Source of the DNA: Candidatus Binatia bacterium
Lineage (GTDB): Bacteria; Desulfobacterota; Binatia; HRBIN30
NCBI GenBank assembly: GCA_038245295.1
Contig: JBBRSP010000028.1
Span: forward strand, 18,732 to 82,731
DNA length: 64,000 nt
Direction: 5' to 3'
Below, piece after piece: positions 30,535 to 40,885 of this stretch. The notes below the pieces were generated by a model, which did no database searches, was not told the DNA's origin, and saw only the letters and a program-made list of their open reading frames with translations. Positions within the stretch are counted from its first letter, which is position 1. Each line of letters opens with the position of its first letter. The translations under genes were made by a program, and so were the position numbers.

Positions 30535-31299
30535 CTAGCGCAGCCTGCTCGGATCCACTCCCCAGCCTCGCAGGATGAGCTGTTCGTCGGCGGCGCTGGT
30601 TGATTTCTTGAAACGAGCACCGCTGATACCCTTGACGCGTTGCTCACACTCGGCCCACGTGCAGTGACGCCGCGGTTCACCGCCAACAACACTCAGATAC
30701 GAATAGGCGGGAGCCTTCGAGGCTCCTTCCGTTCGACCGCCAGATCGTGGCGGAGGCTCTCCTGCCGGTGCTACACCGGCAGACAGGTCGACAGTGTAAT
30801 CAGAAAGCGGTCCGCGAAAGAGGTCGATGACCTCGCCCATCGCGAACGCCGAAGCGATCTCATCGACCCGTTCATTTCCCGGTATTCCGGAGTGGCCGCG
30901 CACATGATTCCACTGGATGTTGCCCTTACCGCGGCGGCTGACAAGATCGACCAATTCCTCCCACAAGTCCCGATTCAGAACGTCGCCCCCGGTCGCCGTC
31001 TTCCAGCCACGGCGGCGCCAATTCCACACCCAGGAAGTGATACCTTTGATGACGTAGGTCGAGTCGGAATAGATTCGCACCACGCCGGGTTCGTCGCGCA
31101 CGCAACGCAACGCCTCGATCGGTGCCGTCATCTCCATTTTGTTGTTCGTCGTATAGCCAGCGCTGCCGCCGAGCTCGATCGCCTGGCCACCGGCAATCGC
31201 GACGATCACACCCCAGCCGCCCGGACCGGGATTCCCCTTCGCCGCTCCGTCGGCAAACACGATAATCGACGCGTCTTTGGGTACGATGTTGTCCGCCAT
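30535..31299 (-). CDS. rnhA: Ribonuclease HI with C-terminal hybrid-binding (viroplasmin-like) domain
   Basis: DGAAKGNPGPGG, TTNNKMEM, SDSTYV, N.DLW, HVRGHSG..GNERVD; C-terminal TWAECEQRVKGISGARFKK. Confidence 0.9.
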   Translation of the reverse strand: MADNIVPKDASIIVFADGAAKGNPGPGGWGVIVAIAGGQAIELGGSAGYTTNNKMEMTAPIEALRCVRDEPGVVRIYSDSTYVIKGITSWVWNWRRRGWKTATGGDVLNRDLWEELVDLVSRRGKGNIQWNHVRGHSGIPGNERVDEIASAFAMGEVIDLFRGPLSDYTVDLSAGVAPAGEPPPRSGGRTEGASKAPAYSYLSVVGGEPRRHCTWAECEQRVKGISGARFKKSTSAADEQLILRGWGVDPSRLR

Positions 31300-31301
31300 G
31301 G

Positions 31302-33224
31302 TCAGGACCGCTCGCCGTAAAGCTCGGCGTACAGGTCGACGACGAGATTCGTACCGTCGAGGCGAATGTGACGCGGATTGAAGTCACCGTGGTGTAGCGA
31401 CAGGACAATTTCCCCCGAAGGAATGTCGGCCGGAGTGGCAAACGCCGCCAGACCGGTCGCGTTCGTACTCACCTTGGCAAGCTGGTGGTCTTGCTGGCTC
31501 AGAACCAGAATCTCGACACCTTCGACGGGTCGCGGGTCATCTGCCAGCCCGCTGTCATGGTCGACCACAAGGACACGCGCCGTTCGGCCGTCGGCGGCCC
31601 GTTCGACACTTACCTCCAAGTCGCGCAACCAGATCATCGGCTCGCCTGTCACCGTCTTCATACCGATCCGCTCGGGATGGCGCGCCGGGTTGGCGCGCAG
31701 CCCGACGTTCTGTGCCGCCATGCCGTGGTCAGCCGTGAAGATGAAGAGAGTTTCATCCAACAGGCCCTTCACCGCCAGCATGTCGAGGACATAACCCAGC
31801 CGCGCGTCGGTCTCCGCCAGCGCCGAGTGCAAGCCGTCGCTGTGGGGTCCATAATTGTGCCCGGCACCATCGGTCAGGGCAAACTCGTGCGCCACGAATA
31901 TGGGCGGGGCATGGGTGTCGTCGTCGAATTGGACGGTAATCTGCGCCAGGCCCCGAGCATCGAGCACCGCTTCGCGGTGGACGTCCTCGTGGCCGTCTTT
32001 GGCGTAGCGTGGATCAATCGACTCGATGAAATCAGCGGTCAGCGCGCGCAAACGATCGCGTGGACCAATAATGCGCTGCTCGAGCGCCGCGTGGTGCGCA
32101 CCACGGCTCTGCGGCTCGTGAATGCTCACCGTGTAGCCGCGGTCGCCGTAGACTCGTCGGAAGGCCTCGTAGAGGGTCTCGACCCCACTTCCAAGGTAGG
32201 ACTCCGTCAGCATGCCTTGCCCCTGCGGCGCCAACGGCCGTGCGTTGGCGCGGTCGTAGTAGGTGGGGTTGACGATATCGTGATGGCCGCACCACGCACC
32301 GGTCAAAATCGTACTGTGGCTCGGCCAGGTTATGCTCGGGAAGTTGACGGTCGACCCATACGTGAAGCGCGCGCTGCGATCGAGAATGCGACGCAGGTTG
32401 CGCACCGCCGGATCATCGGCATCGAGGCGTGCTTGCAGCTCGCTGTTGCTGAGACCATCGAACACGATCAGGTAGGCGAGGCACGGTGCCGATGCACCTG
32501 GATCAACAACCTCGTCGAGAACTCGTCCGTCCTGCCGCTTCAAGTAGACATCGGCTGCACCGCCTCGATCGCTCGTGAGACGTCCGGAGGCATCGGCGCC
32601 ATCGATAAGCGGCATGCCCATGAGACGACACACCGTCGGAGCGATATCGACGTGCCGAGGCGCGGTCGCATAGGCTCCTGGCCGAATACCTGGCCCGGCG
32701 AAGGCCAGCGGCGCCCGCGACTGAACTACATCAAGGGCTCCGTGTTGTCCCGGCTGCAGACCAAATCCGTAGCACTTGGGACTGACGACCAGGTCCGGCG
32801 CATACGGGCTGTCGAAGAGCTGGGCGATTCGTTCGAGGGCATGAGGGTACGAAAGCTGTTGGGGCTCGATGAACGCCGTATCGGGAGTGCTCGTCGGGTG
32901 GCCCGATTCCGTGGCGGCCCGCACTTCATCGGCACAACTGGCGACGCAGCGGTGATCCTGATTGGCGATCGGGTTCTCGCCATGTTGCTCGACGACCGGA
33001 AACTCAAGCCCACCATCGTCGCGCAAGCGCCGCTCGAAGCGGATCATGCCGCGGTTGGCCCACACCTCGTAAGCTCGGCGGCGATACGTGATCACGAGGT
33101 CGACATGGTCACGCACGGCCGGATCGCATAACAGGGAGTGAATGGCTCGGTTGCCCGACTCTTCTTGGTGTTCATCCAATCCTTGACCGCCTGGACGCTC
33201 CGGTCCCCAAATCTGTTCCATCAC
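31302..33224 (-). CDS. Alkaline phosphatase/NPP superfamily protein, apparently circularly permuted
   Basis: GQHG...FAGPGI...DIAPT precedes IVFDGL, FPSITWPSHSTILTG, DGAGHNYGP, TADHG. Confidence 0.8.
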   Translation of the reverse strand: MMEQIWGPERPGGQGLDEHQEESGNRAIHSLLCDPAVRDHVDLVITYRRRAYEVWANRGMIRFERRLRDDGGLEFPVVEQHGENPIANQDHRCVASCADEVRAATESGHPTSTPDTAFIEPQQLSYPHALERIAQLFDSPYAPDLVVSPKCYGFGLQPGQHGALDVVQSRAPLAFAGPGIRPGAYATAPRHVDIAPTVCRLMGMPLIDGADASGRLTSDRGGAADVYLKRQDGRVLDEVVDPGASAPCLAYLIVFDGLSNSELQARLDADDPAVRNLRRILDRSARFTYGSTVNFPSITWPSHSTILTGAWCGHHDIVNPTYYDRANARPLAPQGQGMLTESYLGSGVETLYEAFRRVYGDRGYTVSIHEPQSRGAHHAALEQRIIGPRDRLRALTADFIESIDPRYAKDGHEDVHREAVLDARGLAQITVQFDDDTHAPPIFVAHEFALTDGAGHNYGPHSDGLHSALAETDARLGYVLDMLAVKGLLDETLFIFTADHGMAAQNVGLRANPARHPERIGMKTVTGEPMIWLRDLEVSVERAADGRTARVLVVDHDSGLADDPRPVEGVEILVLSQQDHQLAKVSTNATGLAAFATPADIPSGEIVLSLHHGDFNPRHIRLDGTNLVVDLYAELYGERS

Positions 33225-33336
33225 AACGAACTCCTATGGTCGCGCTTCATCCCGAGTATTGCCGCCCGAGTCAACGTCACCCTCTCAACAACAGCGCATA
33301 GAAGGGCCCAATTGATTGTGCTACGCACCTCCATCG

Positions 33337-35121
33337 ATGGTGTTTCGCCAACTAAGTTTCCTTTCGTTCACGGTAGTAATCGCCGTCTCTTTGGGTGGTT
33401 GCGTCAACTTTGGCAAGGCTCGTTCGGGGGCCGACCGGGTACCGTGGTTGATCGAGATGGGTGCTGCCGATACCGCGGCGCCAGAACCGTTGCCCGAAGG
33501 GGCCACGGCCCTCGGGCATTTTTTACGGGCCCAGGTTGCCATGAACCAGGGCGACCATGCCGCTGCGACCCATGAGTATGAGTTAGCTGTGGCTGCCGAC
33601 CCGGCCAGCGGCTTTCTGCGGCAACGACTCGCCCTCTTGTATGTACGTGACAACAAGCTGACGGAAGCACGTGAGCAAATCCAGGCTGCCGTCGATCTGG
33701 ACCCGGAGGATACTCAATCATCCGTTTTGCTCGCCGGCATCCTGTCGGCCCTCGGCGACGATCAAGGCGCGGCGGAGCGCTACGAACATGTCCTCGATCT
33801 CGACCCGCGCAACCAGGAGGCTCACCTCTTCCTGGGTGCGTTATACGCCAAGGAAGATCAATACGATCGCGCCATCAGCACGCTGCACCGCCTGACGGCG
33901 ATCAATCCCCGTTCCTACCTCGGCTACTACTACCTCGGCCGCGTGCACGCGGCGGCTCATCATTACGATGAAGCCGAGCTGGCCTACGAAGAGGCGCTGC
34001 GCCTCAATCCGCAGAATGAGAGCATCCTGCTTGATCTGGCCGACGTCTACCAGTTGCAGGACAAGTCACCGAAGGCCGTCGAAATCTATCAACGCCTGCT
34101 GAAGGCCGACCCGAACAGCGCCATCGTCCGCAAGCGTCTGGGAGGCCTCTACGTCGGTCAAAACCGTCTCGACGATGCCTTGTCGCAGTTCCAGGAACTC
34201 GAAAAAGTCGAGACCGACCCCGTCGATACGCGCGTCAAGATCGGCCTGATCTACCTCGACAAGAAAGAATACGAGAAGGCGGCCACGGAGTTCAGCCTCG
34301 TGCTCGCCGGTGACCCGCAGAATGATCGCGTCCGCTATTACCTGGCCGCCGTTTACGCCGAACAGAACGACATCGATCGGGCCGTTGCCGAGATGGAGAA
34401 GATCGGGCCCGATTCGGAAGCCTACGGCGATGCGCGCGCCCAACTCGGGTTCTTGTTGAAACGTCAGGGCAAGCTCCCCGCGGCGATCGAGTCGATCGAG
34501 GCCGCCGTGGCGTCGCAGCCGAACAACGTCGATCTCGCCATGTTGCTGACGTCGATGTATCGCGAGAACGGTCAAGGCGACAAAGCCATCGCCCTGGCCA
34601 AAAAACTGGTAGAGAAGGACCCCGACAACGATCGGCTCCACTTCACACTCGGCGGGCTGTACGACGAAGCCAAGGACAAAACGGCCTGTGTTGCCGAAAT
34701 GCGTAAGGCGATCGAGCTCAACCCAAATAACGCGCCCGCCCTGAACTACCTGGGATATACCTACGCCGAGAAGGGTGAGAACCTCGACGAAGCGGAGGAC
34801 CTGATCCGTCGCGCCCTCGTCATCGAGCCGCGCGATGGCTTCTACGTCGACAGCCTCGGCTGGGTTTATTTCCAGCGCGGCGACTACCCGAAGGCAATCG
34901 AACACCTGCAGCGTGCACTCGAGTTGGCCGGCGAAGATCCGACCGTCTCCGAACACCTGGCCGATGCCTATCAACGCGTCGGTCGCTCGGGCGACGCACT
35001 CAACCTCTACCTGGATGCGTTCAAACGATGCAAAGAACAGCAGCAGCTCGACCGCTTGCGTAAGAAAATCGAAGCCCTCGGCGGCGTGCCTCAGCCAGGT
35101 GAGCCGGGGAAGGACTCCTAG
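33337..35121 (+). CDS. TPR-repeat lipoprotein
   Basis: LGGC lipobox, many TPR units, ALNYLGY...DSLGWVYF. Confidence 0.9.
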   Translation: MVFRQLSFLSFTVVIAVSLGGCVNFGKARSGADRVPWLIEMGAADTAAPEPLPEGATALGHFLRAQVAMNQGDHAAATHEYELAVAADPASGFLRQRLALLYVRDNKLTEAREQIQAAVDLDPEDTQSSVLLAGILSALGDDQGAAERYEHVLDLDPRNQEAHLFLGALYAKEDQYDRAISTLHRLTAINPRSYLGYYYLGRVHAAAHHYDEAELAYEEALRLNPQNESILLDLADVYQLQDKSPKAVEIYQRLLKADPNSAIVRKRLGGLYVGQNRLDDALSQFQELEKVETDPVDTRVKIGLIYLDKKEYEKAATEFSLVLAGDPQNDRVRYYLAAVYAEQNDIDRAVAEMEKIGPDSEAYGDARAQLGFLLKRQGKLPAAIESIEAAVASQPNNVDLAMLLTSMYRENGQGDKAIALAKKLVEKDPDNDRLHFTLGGLYDEAKDKTACVAEMRKAIELNPNNAPALNYLGYTYAEKGENLDEAEDLIRRALVIEPRDGFYVDSLGWVYFQRGDYPKAIEHLQRALELAGEDPTVSEHLADAYQRVGRSGDALNLYLDAFKRCKEQQQLDRLRKKIEALGGVPQPGEPGKDS

Positions 35122-35921
35122 TGCGACGTGCGACGCGCACCAACGCGTTGTGCTTGGTCGCCTTGACGTGGTTGGCCGGTTGCGCCCTTCCCGTTCGTTC
35201 TCCGAAAGTCGATGCCGGCGACTTACCAAGGCCCAGTGATGTCCAAGCCGCGCTGAGCACACGTCGCCAGGCGCTCAACGGCCTGCGGACCCTGGCCCGC
35301 TTGCGCTTCACGGATCGTGACGGCTCGCAGAGTGCGCGCCAGGCCCTCATCGTCGAACGACCCTCCAGCCTGCGCCTCGAGATTCTCTCCTTGGTGGGTC
35401 CGGTCTTTTTGTTCGCCACCAACGGTGAATCGTTGACGGCGCTAGAGCCATCGGAAGCCAAATTCTATCGCGGGCGCGCCACCGCCGCGAACCTGTTGCG
35501 CTATGGCCACGTTCCGGTGCCACTCGACGAACTCGTCGACGTACTTCTCGCCACACCGTCGATCCCGCCGAACGCAGACCTACGCGTCGCCGCAAACGAC
35601 AGTGGAATCGGCGCCACCATCGAGGCAACAAGCGCGAATTCCGACCTGCGTCTCTCCTGGGCCGCCCCTCACGGCCTGATAGCCGCCGAACGCCGCGACG
35701 CTGACGGCGAGGTGCTGTGGCAGGCGACCTACGGCGACTATACCGTGATCGACAACCTGGCGATTGCCGCGGCCATCGCCTTGGAGATTCCCACGACCGG
35801 GCAACGACTGGAGCTCAACTTTCGCGATCCAGAAGTGAATCCGACTCTTGACCCGGGTTTGTTCGCCCTGCAAATCCCCCCGAATACTATGATCGTCGAT
35901 TTGGATGCGGAGCCGATGTGA
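35121..35921 (+). CDS. LolB/DUF4292-like lipoprotein
   Basis: LAGC lipobox, P..LRLE, terminal F....P; follows the TPR gene as in TPR-lolB loci. Confidence 0.65.
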   Translation: MRRATRTNALCLVALTWLAGCALPVRSPKVDAGDLPRPSDVQAALSTRRQALNGLRTLARLRFTDRDGSQSARQALIVERPSSLRLEILSLVGPVFLFATNGESLTALEPSEAKFYRGRATAANLLRYGHVPVPLDELVDVLLATPSIPPNADLRVAANDSGIGATIEATSANSDLRLSWAAPHGLIAAERRDADGEVLWQATYGDYTVIDNLAIAAAIALEIPTTGQRLELNFRDPEVNPTLDPGLFALQIPPNTMIVDLDAEPM

Positions 35922-37639
35922 TGCGTCGCTTGTTTTCGACCCTTTTGCTCGTCCTGGTGTTTTCGGCGTGCAACCGGTCGCCCGAATCGGCCTTGAGCAG
36001 CAACGTCACGGCCAAGAAGCCGGCGGCGTCGCCGCATCCGCCGCGTTTGGTAACCGGCACCATCTCGGATCCGAAGACCTTCAACGCGCTGACGGCGGTG
36101 GACATGTCGTCGAGCACCGCGATGTCGCCCATCCTCGAAGGCCTGGTGCGCACCGACGTGTTGACGCTCGAGAACGAGCCGATGCTCGCGGCGAGTTGGG
36201 AACACAATGGCGACGGTACGGTTTGGACCTTCCATCTGCGCCACAACGTCAAATGGCACGACGGCCAGCCGTTCACCGCGAAGGACGTCCTGTTCACCTT
36301 CGATGCGATTTATGACGACAAGGTCGCCAACAGCATCAAGCACATCCTGACGATTGATGGGCAACGCATCAAAGCCGACGCGCCGGACGAGTACACGGTG
36401 CGCCTGACGCTGCCGCGACCATTCGCACCACTGCTGAATTCGATGTCGTTCGACATCTTCCCGGCACACCTGCTCGCCGACTCTCTGAAAAAGGGGACCT
36501 TCTCGCAAGAGTGGGGTATCGATACCCCACCCGAGAAGCTGGTCGGCACGGGCGCTTACACCATGTCACGCTATGTGCCGGCACAATTCATCGAGTACCA
36601 ACGCAACCCCAACTATTGGATGAAGGACGAGGCGGGTGCCGCAATACCCTACCTCGAGGGTCAGACCCAGCTGATCGTCTCGGATCTCAACACGCTCTAC
36701 TTGAAATTTCTCGGTGGCCAAACCGATCTGCACGCCGCCCGCCCCGAGGACGTCGCCGACCTGCGTCGGCGCACCGATGAGTTGGCCATTCGCGTCGAGG
36801 AGGTTGGCCTCGATACGGGCTCGACATTCATCGCGTTCAATCGCAATCCAAGCCACTACCTGAAAGACGGCAAACAGGATCCGCGACTCGGCTGGTTTAC
36901 CGACATCCGCTTCCTGCGCGCCCTGGCTCACGCCGTCGACAAGCAGGCGATGGTCGTCAATTGCCTCAACGGTTACGGCAAGCCGGGAGTGGGTGAGATC
37001 TCTCCCGAGAACAAGCTGTACCACAACCCCGACCTCGTCGATTACGAGTACGACCTGAACAACGCCAAGCAGATCCTGGACGACGCTGGGTACAAGGATC
37101 GCGACGGCGATGGGACCCGCGAAGACGAGAAGGGCAATCCGATCGAGTTTTCGCTGACCACAAACGCCGGCAACGACATCCGCGAGAAGATGTGCTCGAT
37201 CCTCAAGGAAGACTGGACCAAGCTTGGTCTCAAGGTGAACTTCCGCCCGCTGGATTTCCAGGCTCTGGTCGAGCGCCTGTACACGACCTACGAGTGGGAC
37301 GCCGTGCTGATCGGATTCACCGGCACGATCGAGCCCAACAGCAGTGCCAACTTCCTGCGTTCGAACGGCAACCTGCATTTCTGGCAACCGAATCAACCCG
37401 AGCCGGCAACCCCGTGGGAAGCGGAGATTGATCGTCTCCTGGATCAGGGATCGCGCGAGATCGACACAGAGAAGCGACGGCCGCTCTATTGGCGCATCCA
37501 ACAACTTCTGCACGAACAGCTGCCGATCATTCAGACCGTGCGTCAGACCAACTTCCGCGCTTCGCGCCTGGCGGTGAAGAACTACAAGCCGACAGTGTGG
37601 GGTACGTACCGCGAAGAGCTGATTCGCATCGCCGAGTAG
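35921..37639 (+). CDS. ABC transporter substrate-binding protein (peptide/nickel family 5), lipoprotein
   Basis: FSAC lipobox, DPKTFN, WHDGQPFTAKDVLFT, VGTGAY. Confidence 0.93.
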   Translation: MRRLFSTLLLVLVFSACNRSPESALSSNVTAKKPAASPHPPRLVTGTISDPKTFNALTAVDMSSSTAMSPILEGLVRTDVLTLENEPMLAASWEHNGDGTVWTFHLRHNVKWHDGQPFTAKDVLFTFDAIYDDKVANSIKHILTIDGQRIKADAPDEYTVRLTLPRPFAPLLNSMSFDIFPAHLLADSLKKGTFSQEWGIDTPPEKLVGTGAYTMSRYVPAQFIEYQRNPNYWMKDEAGAAIPYLEGQTQLIVSDLNTLYLKFLGGQTDLHAARPEDVADLRRRTDELAIRVEEVGLDTGSTFIAFNRNPSHYLKDGKQDPRLGWFTDIRFLRALAHAVDKQAMVVNCLNGYGKPGVGEISPENKLYHNPDLVDYEYDLNNAKQILDDAGYKDRDGDGTREDEKGNPIEFSLTTNAGNDIREKMCSILKEDWTKLGLKVNFRPLDFQALVERLYTTYEWDAVLIGFTGTIEPNSSANFLRSNGNLHFWQPNQPEPATPWEAEIDRLLDQGSREIDTEKRRPLYWRIQQLLHEQLPIIQTVRQTNFRASRLAVKNYKPTVWGTYREELIRIAE

Positions 37640-37655
37640 ATCCGGGCACGTCGCG

Positions 37656-38639
37656 ATGCTGGCCTATCTGCTGCGTAGGTTGCTGCACATGATCCCGCTT
37701 TTGCTCGGGATCACGTTCCTGTCGTTCCTCATCATCGGCCTGTCGCCGGGGGATTACTTCAGCGAGCTGCGCATGAATCCATCGTTCTCTCCCGACCTGA
37801 TTCGCGAGATGGAAGCACAGTTTGGCTACGGCGAGCCGCTCGTCGTTCGTTACTTCAAATGGCTGTGGCGCGTCGTCCACCTGGATCTCGGAATGTCGGT
37901 GGCCTACCGCGTCGGCGTGCTCGATCTCATTCGCATGCGCGCCGTCAACACCGTCATCCTGGCGCTCTCCAGCATGCTCACCACCTGGGTTCTCGCGATC
38001 CCGATGGGCATCATCGTCGCCCTGCGCGTGAACTCCTGGCTCGACCGCACCCTGTCCTTCGCCGCCTTCTTCGGCATGTCGCTGCCGAGTTTCTTCTTTG
38101 CTTTCTTACTGATGTATTTTGCCCTCTACACCGGCTGGTTCCCCGTCGGCGGTAGCATGTCGATCGACTACGACAGCCTGTCGATTTGGGGGAAGATCGT
38201 CGACCGCGCTCAGCACCTGGTGTTGCCGACTATCGTGCTCGGCATGGGCGGCCTGGCCGGGCTGATGCGTCTCATGCGCGCCAACATTCTCGACCTCAAA
38301 GAATCGGATTTCGTGCGCACGGCACGCGCCAAGGGTCTGCCAGAGCACATCGTCATCGGCCGCCACCTGCTACGCAACGCCCTCAACCCGTTCGTGACAC
38401 TGGCCGGCGCCGAGCTTGGCGAGTTGCTCGGCGGCGCGGCTCTGGTCGAAGCCGTGATGAATTTGCAGGGCCTTGGCACGTTGATGCTGGACGCGGTGCG
38501 CTCGGTGGACACCTATTTAGTCATGGGCTCCGTGCTGATCGGTTCGCTGCTGTTGCTCATCGGCAATCTGCTCGCCGATCTAGCGCTCACCTTGGTCGAT
38601 CCACGCATCGATTTCACCCGTCTGGAGACCGATCGGTGA
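37656..38639 (+). CDS. Peptide ABC transporter permease (OppB/DppB-like)
   Basis: YLLRRLL, LDLGMS, FVRTARAKGL, HLLRNAL, DPRI. Confidence 0.93.
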   Translation: MLAYLLRRLLHMIPLLLGITFLSFLIIGLSPGDYFSELRMNPSFSPDLIREMEAQFGYGEPLVVRYFKWLWRVVHLDLGMSVAYRVGVLDLIRMRAVNTVILALSSMLTTWVLAIPMGIIVALRVNSWLDRTLSFAAFFGMSLPSFFFAFLLMYFALYTGWFPVGGSMSIDYDSLSIWGKIVDRAQHLVLPTIVLGMGGLAGLMRLMRANILDLKESDFVRTARAKGLPEHIVIGRHLLRNALNPFVTLAGAELGELLGGAALVEAVMNLQGLGTLMLDAVRSVDTYLVMGSVLIGSLLLLIGNLLADLALTLVDPRIDFTRLETDR

Positions 38640-39646
38640 GCCAGAGGCGCCCCGGTTTCGTCGTCTGGTTGAGCATCGCGCTGCTGCTGATCTTCTATGT
38701 CGCCGCCATCGCCGCGCCCTTTGTCGCACCCTACGATTACACCGAACAGAACCGTGCCTTTCCGCAATGTCCGCCAGCCCGCTGGCACATGAATCCACCA
38801 TCGGCCTGGGGCGAGTCGGTCTTCTATGCCCACCCGTCGGAGCTGAGGGATCCGGTGACGCGCACGTACGCCGAACGCCTCGACGACCGCGTCCCGATCA
38901 AATTCTTCGCCTACGGTCATCTCTTCACCACGCCCCCGCAAGCACCGCGAATCTTCGTGTTCGGCACCGACGCTTTGGGACGCGATCTGTTTTCACGCAT
39001 CGTCTTCGGGGCGCGCGTCAGCTTGTCGATCGGCATCGTCGGGGTCGTGCTCAGCTTCACCATTGGCATCATCGTCGGCAGCATCGCCGGCTATATGGGT
39101 GGCTGGATCGACAACATCCTCATGCGCATCGTCGAGGTCGTGATGTCGCTGCCGTCGTTCTATCTACTGCTCGCTCTTGCCTCGCTGATCCCCGACAGCC
39201 TATCGCCCGGCACCACGCTGCTGCTGATCGTCGCCTTGATGAGTGCCATTCGCTGGGCCGGGTTCGCACGTATTGTGCGTGGACTGACGGCTTCGCTGCG
39301 CGAGCGCGAGTACGTCGCCGCCGCGCGTGCCCTTGGTGCCCCCCGTTGGCGTATCCTCCTGCGCCACATTATTCCCGGCACGTTCAGCTACACCATCACC
39401 GCCGCGACCCTAGCAATCCCGGGTTTCATTCTCGGGGAGAGCGCCCTGTCCCTGCTCGGTCTCGGCATCCAGGAACCCGGTGCCAGCTGGGGTAATCTGC
39501 TTACGTCAGCCCGCAACGTGCAAACCCTCGCCAATTATCCATGGTTCCTCGCGCCCGGTGTCTTCATCTTCCTGACCATCATGTCCTTCAACTTCCTCGG
39601 CGACTATTTGCGCGACCGCTACGATCCGCGCGCCACGAGGATGTGA
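38636..39646 (+). CDS. Peptide ABC transporter permease (OppC/DppC-like)
   Basis: FGTDALGRDLFSRIVFGARVSL, EYVAAARALGA, SWGNLL, FNFLGD; GTGA overlap with the preceding gene. Confidence 0.93.
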   Translation: MSQRRPGFVVWLSIALLLIFYVAAIAAPFVAPYDYTEQNRAFPQCPPARWHMNPPSAWGESVFYAHPSELRDPVTRTYAERLDDRVPIKFFAYGHLFTTPPQAPRIFVFGTDALGRDLFSRIVFGARVSLSIGIVGVVLSFTIGIIVGSIAGYMGGWIDNILMRIVEVVMSLPSFYLLLALASLIPDSLSPGTTLLLIVALMSAIRWAGFARIVRGLTASLREREYVAAARALGAPRWRILLRHIIPGTFSYTITAATLAIPGFILGESALSLLGLGIQEPGASWGNLLTSARNVQTLANYPWFLAPGVFIFLTIMSFNFLGDYLRDRYDPRATRM

Positions 39647-39766
39647 CAGGGTTACACCCGAGCTCCGCAGGGCGCCATTGCTTCCGCTCGCCATTTGCTC
39701 GCCGACGGCGGCCCGTGGTAGGCGCGCGATACGTTTGAACAGTTCGCACCACGAGGAGGGGTTCCG

Positions 39767-40885
39767 ATGCTCGGATCGATGCAGCGGTTCTGGCGCGTCG
39801 TCGTCGCTATCATCGCGGTGTTCGGACTCGTCGGTTGCGGCGACGACGGAGAACACCAGACCCAGGCCGCCTCGCACGTGCTATTCAGCACCGAAGGCGA
39901 ACACCTCAACGCCTATGACCTCGATGACCATGACCGCAAACAGGCGATTGTCACCGGCGGCGAAGACGAACACGCCGGCGGCTTGTCTCTCAACGGTCAG
40001 ATCTGCTTCGACCCGACCAATCCGCACCATTTGCTGACAGCCGACGATGCCGGCCAACCGGAGAGCTCGCCCGGCTGGGTGATCTTGCAGCTCGACGGGG
40101 ACCGCGTCGGCGAATACTCTGCGAGCCGCTTCGCTCGCCTTGTGCCGACGTATCAGCAATCGCCGGACAATCTCGGTTGTGGCTTCTTGAAAGACGGCCG
40201 CGCCCTCACCGTCGACATCGGTAGCAATGCCTCCGGCCCGCCGACCGGACAACTTGTCGTCTGGTTCCCGCCGTTCAATGTGGCGCAGCCGCGCTACTGC
40301 AAGCTCGACATCGCCATCGGCACGGCCGGCGGGGTGTACGTCGATGAGCAAGAACGCATCTACGTCGCCAGTGCACGCGAGGAGCCGGGCATCTACCGCT
40401 ACAGCGGTCCGTTCCCGACGTCCGACACCGCGGCCGGCGGCTGCGGTGGCCACGACAGTACCGGCGCCGCGATGGTCGAGCACCTCGCACGCGAGCAATT
40501 CATCAGGGCCGATTCGCATGCAACGACACCGAACGGCATCGTGCCGTCGGGTCACGGAACGTTCTACGTGCCGAGTGTCTTCAACGGCGTCATCGCCGAG
40601 TACGATGCCAACGGCGTCTTCGCGCGGGTGATTCTCAAACCGGCGGCGGGCGATAAGCCCGTGCCCTACAAGACGGGATCGCCGCTCGGACTGCGCGTCG
40701 ATCGCGACGGGACTCTTTATTACGCCGACCTCGGCCTGGTGGTGAACGGTCTCGACATTGGCCCCGGGCGTGGCAAGGGCACGGTTCGCCGCATCTCGTT
40801 CGTCGGTGGAGAAGCACAGCCCCCCGTCAGCCTTGACCAAGGTCTGAACTTCCCCGATGGACTCGGCCTACTGGAGCAACGATGA
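39767..40885 (+). CDS. Lipoprotein with SMP-30/NHL-like beta-propeller
   Basis: LVGC lipobox; PNGI, PLGL.VD.DG.LYYAD, PDGLG blade-like motifs. Confidence 0.7.
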   Translation: MLGSMQRFWRVVVAIIAVFGLVGCGDDGEHQTQAASHVLFSTEGEHLNAYDLDDHDRKQAIVTGGEDEHAGGLSLNGQICFDPTNPHHLLTADDAGQPESSPGWVILQLDGDRVGEYSASRFARLVPTYQQSPDNLGCGFLKDGRALTVDIGSNASGPPTGQLVVWFPPFNVAQPRYCKLDIAIGTAGGVYVDEQERIYVASAREEPGIYRYSGPFPTSDTAAGGCGGHDSTGAAMVEHLAREQFIRADSHATTPNGIVPSGHGTFYVPSVFNGVIAEYDANGVFARVILKPAAGDKPVPYKTGSPLGLRVDRDGTLYYADLGLVVNGLDIGPGRGKGTVRRISFVGGEAQPPVSLDQGLNFPDGLGLLEQR

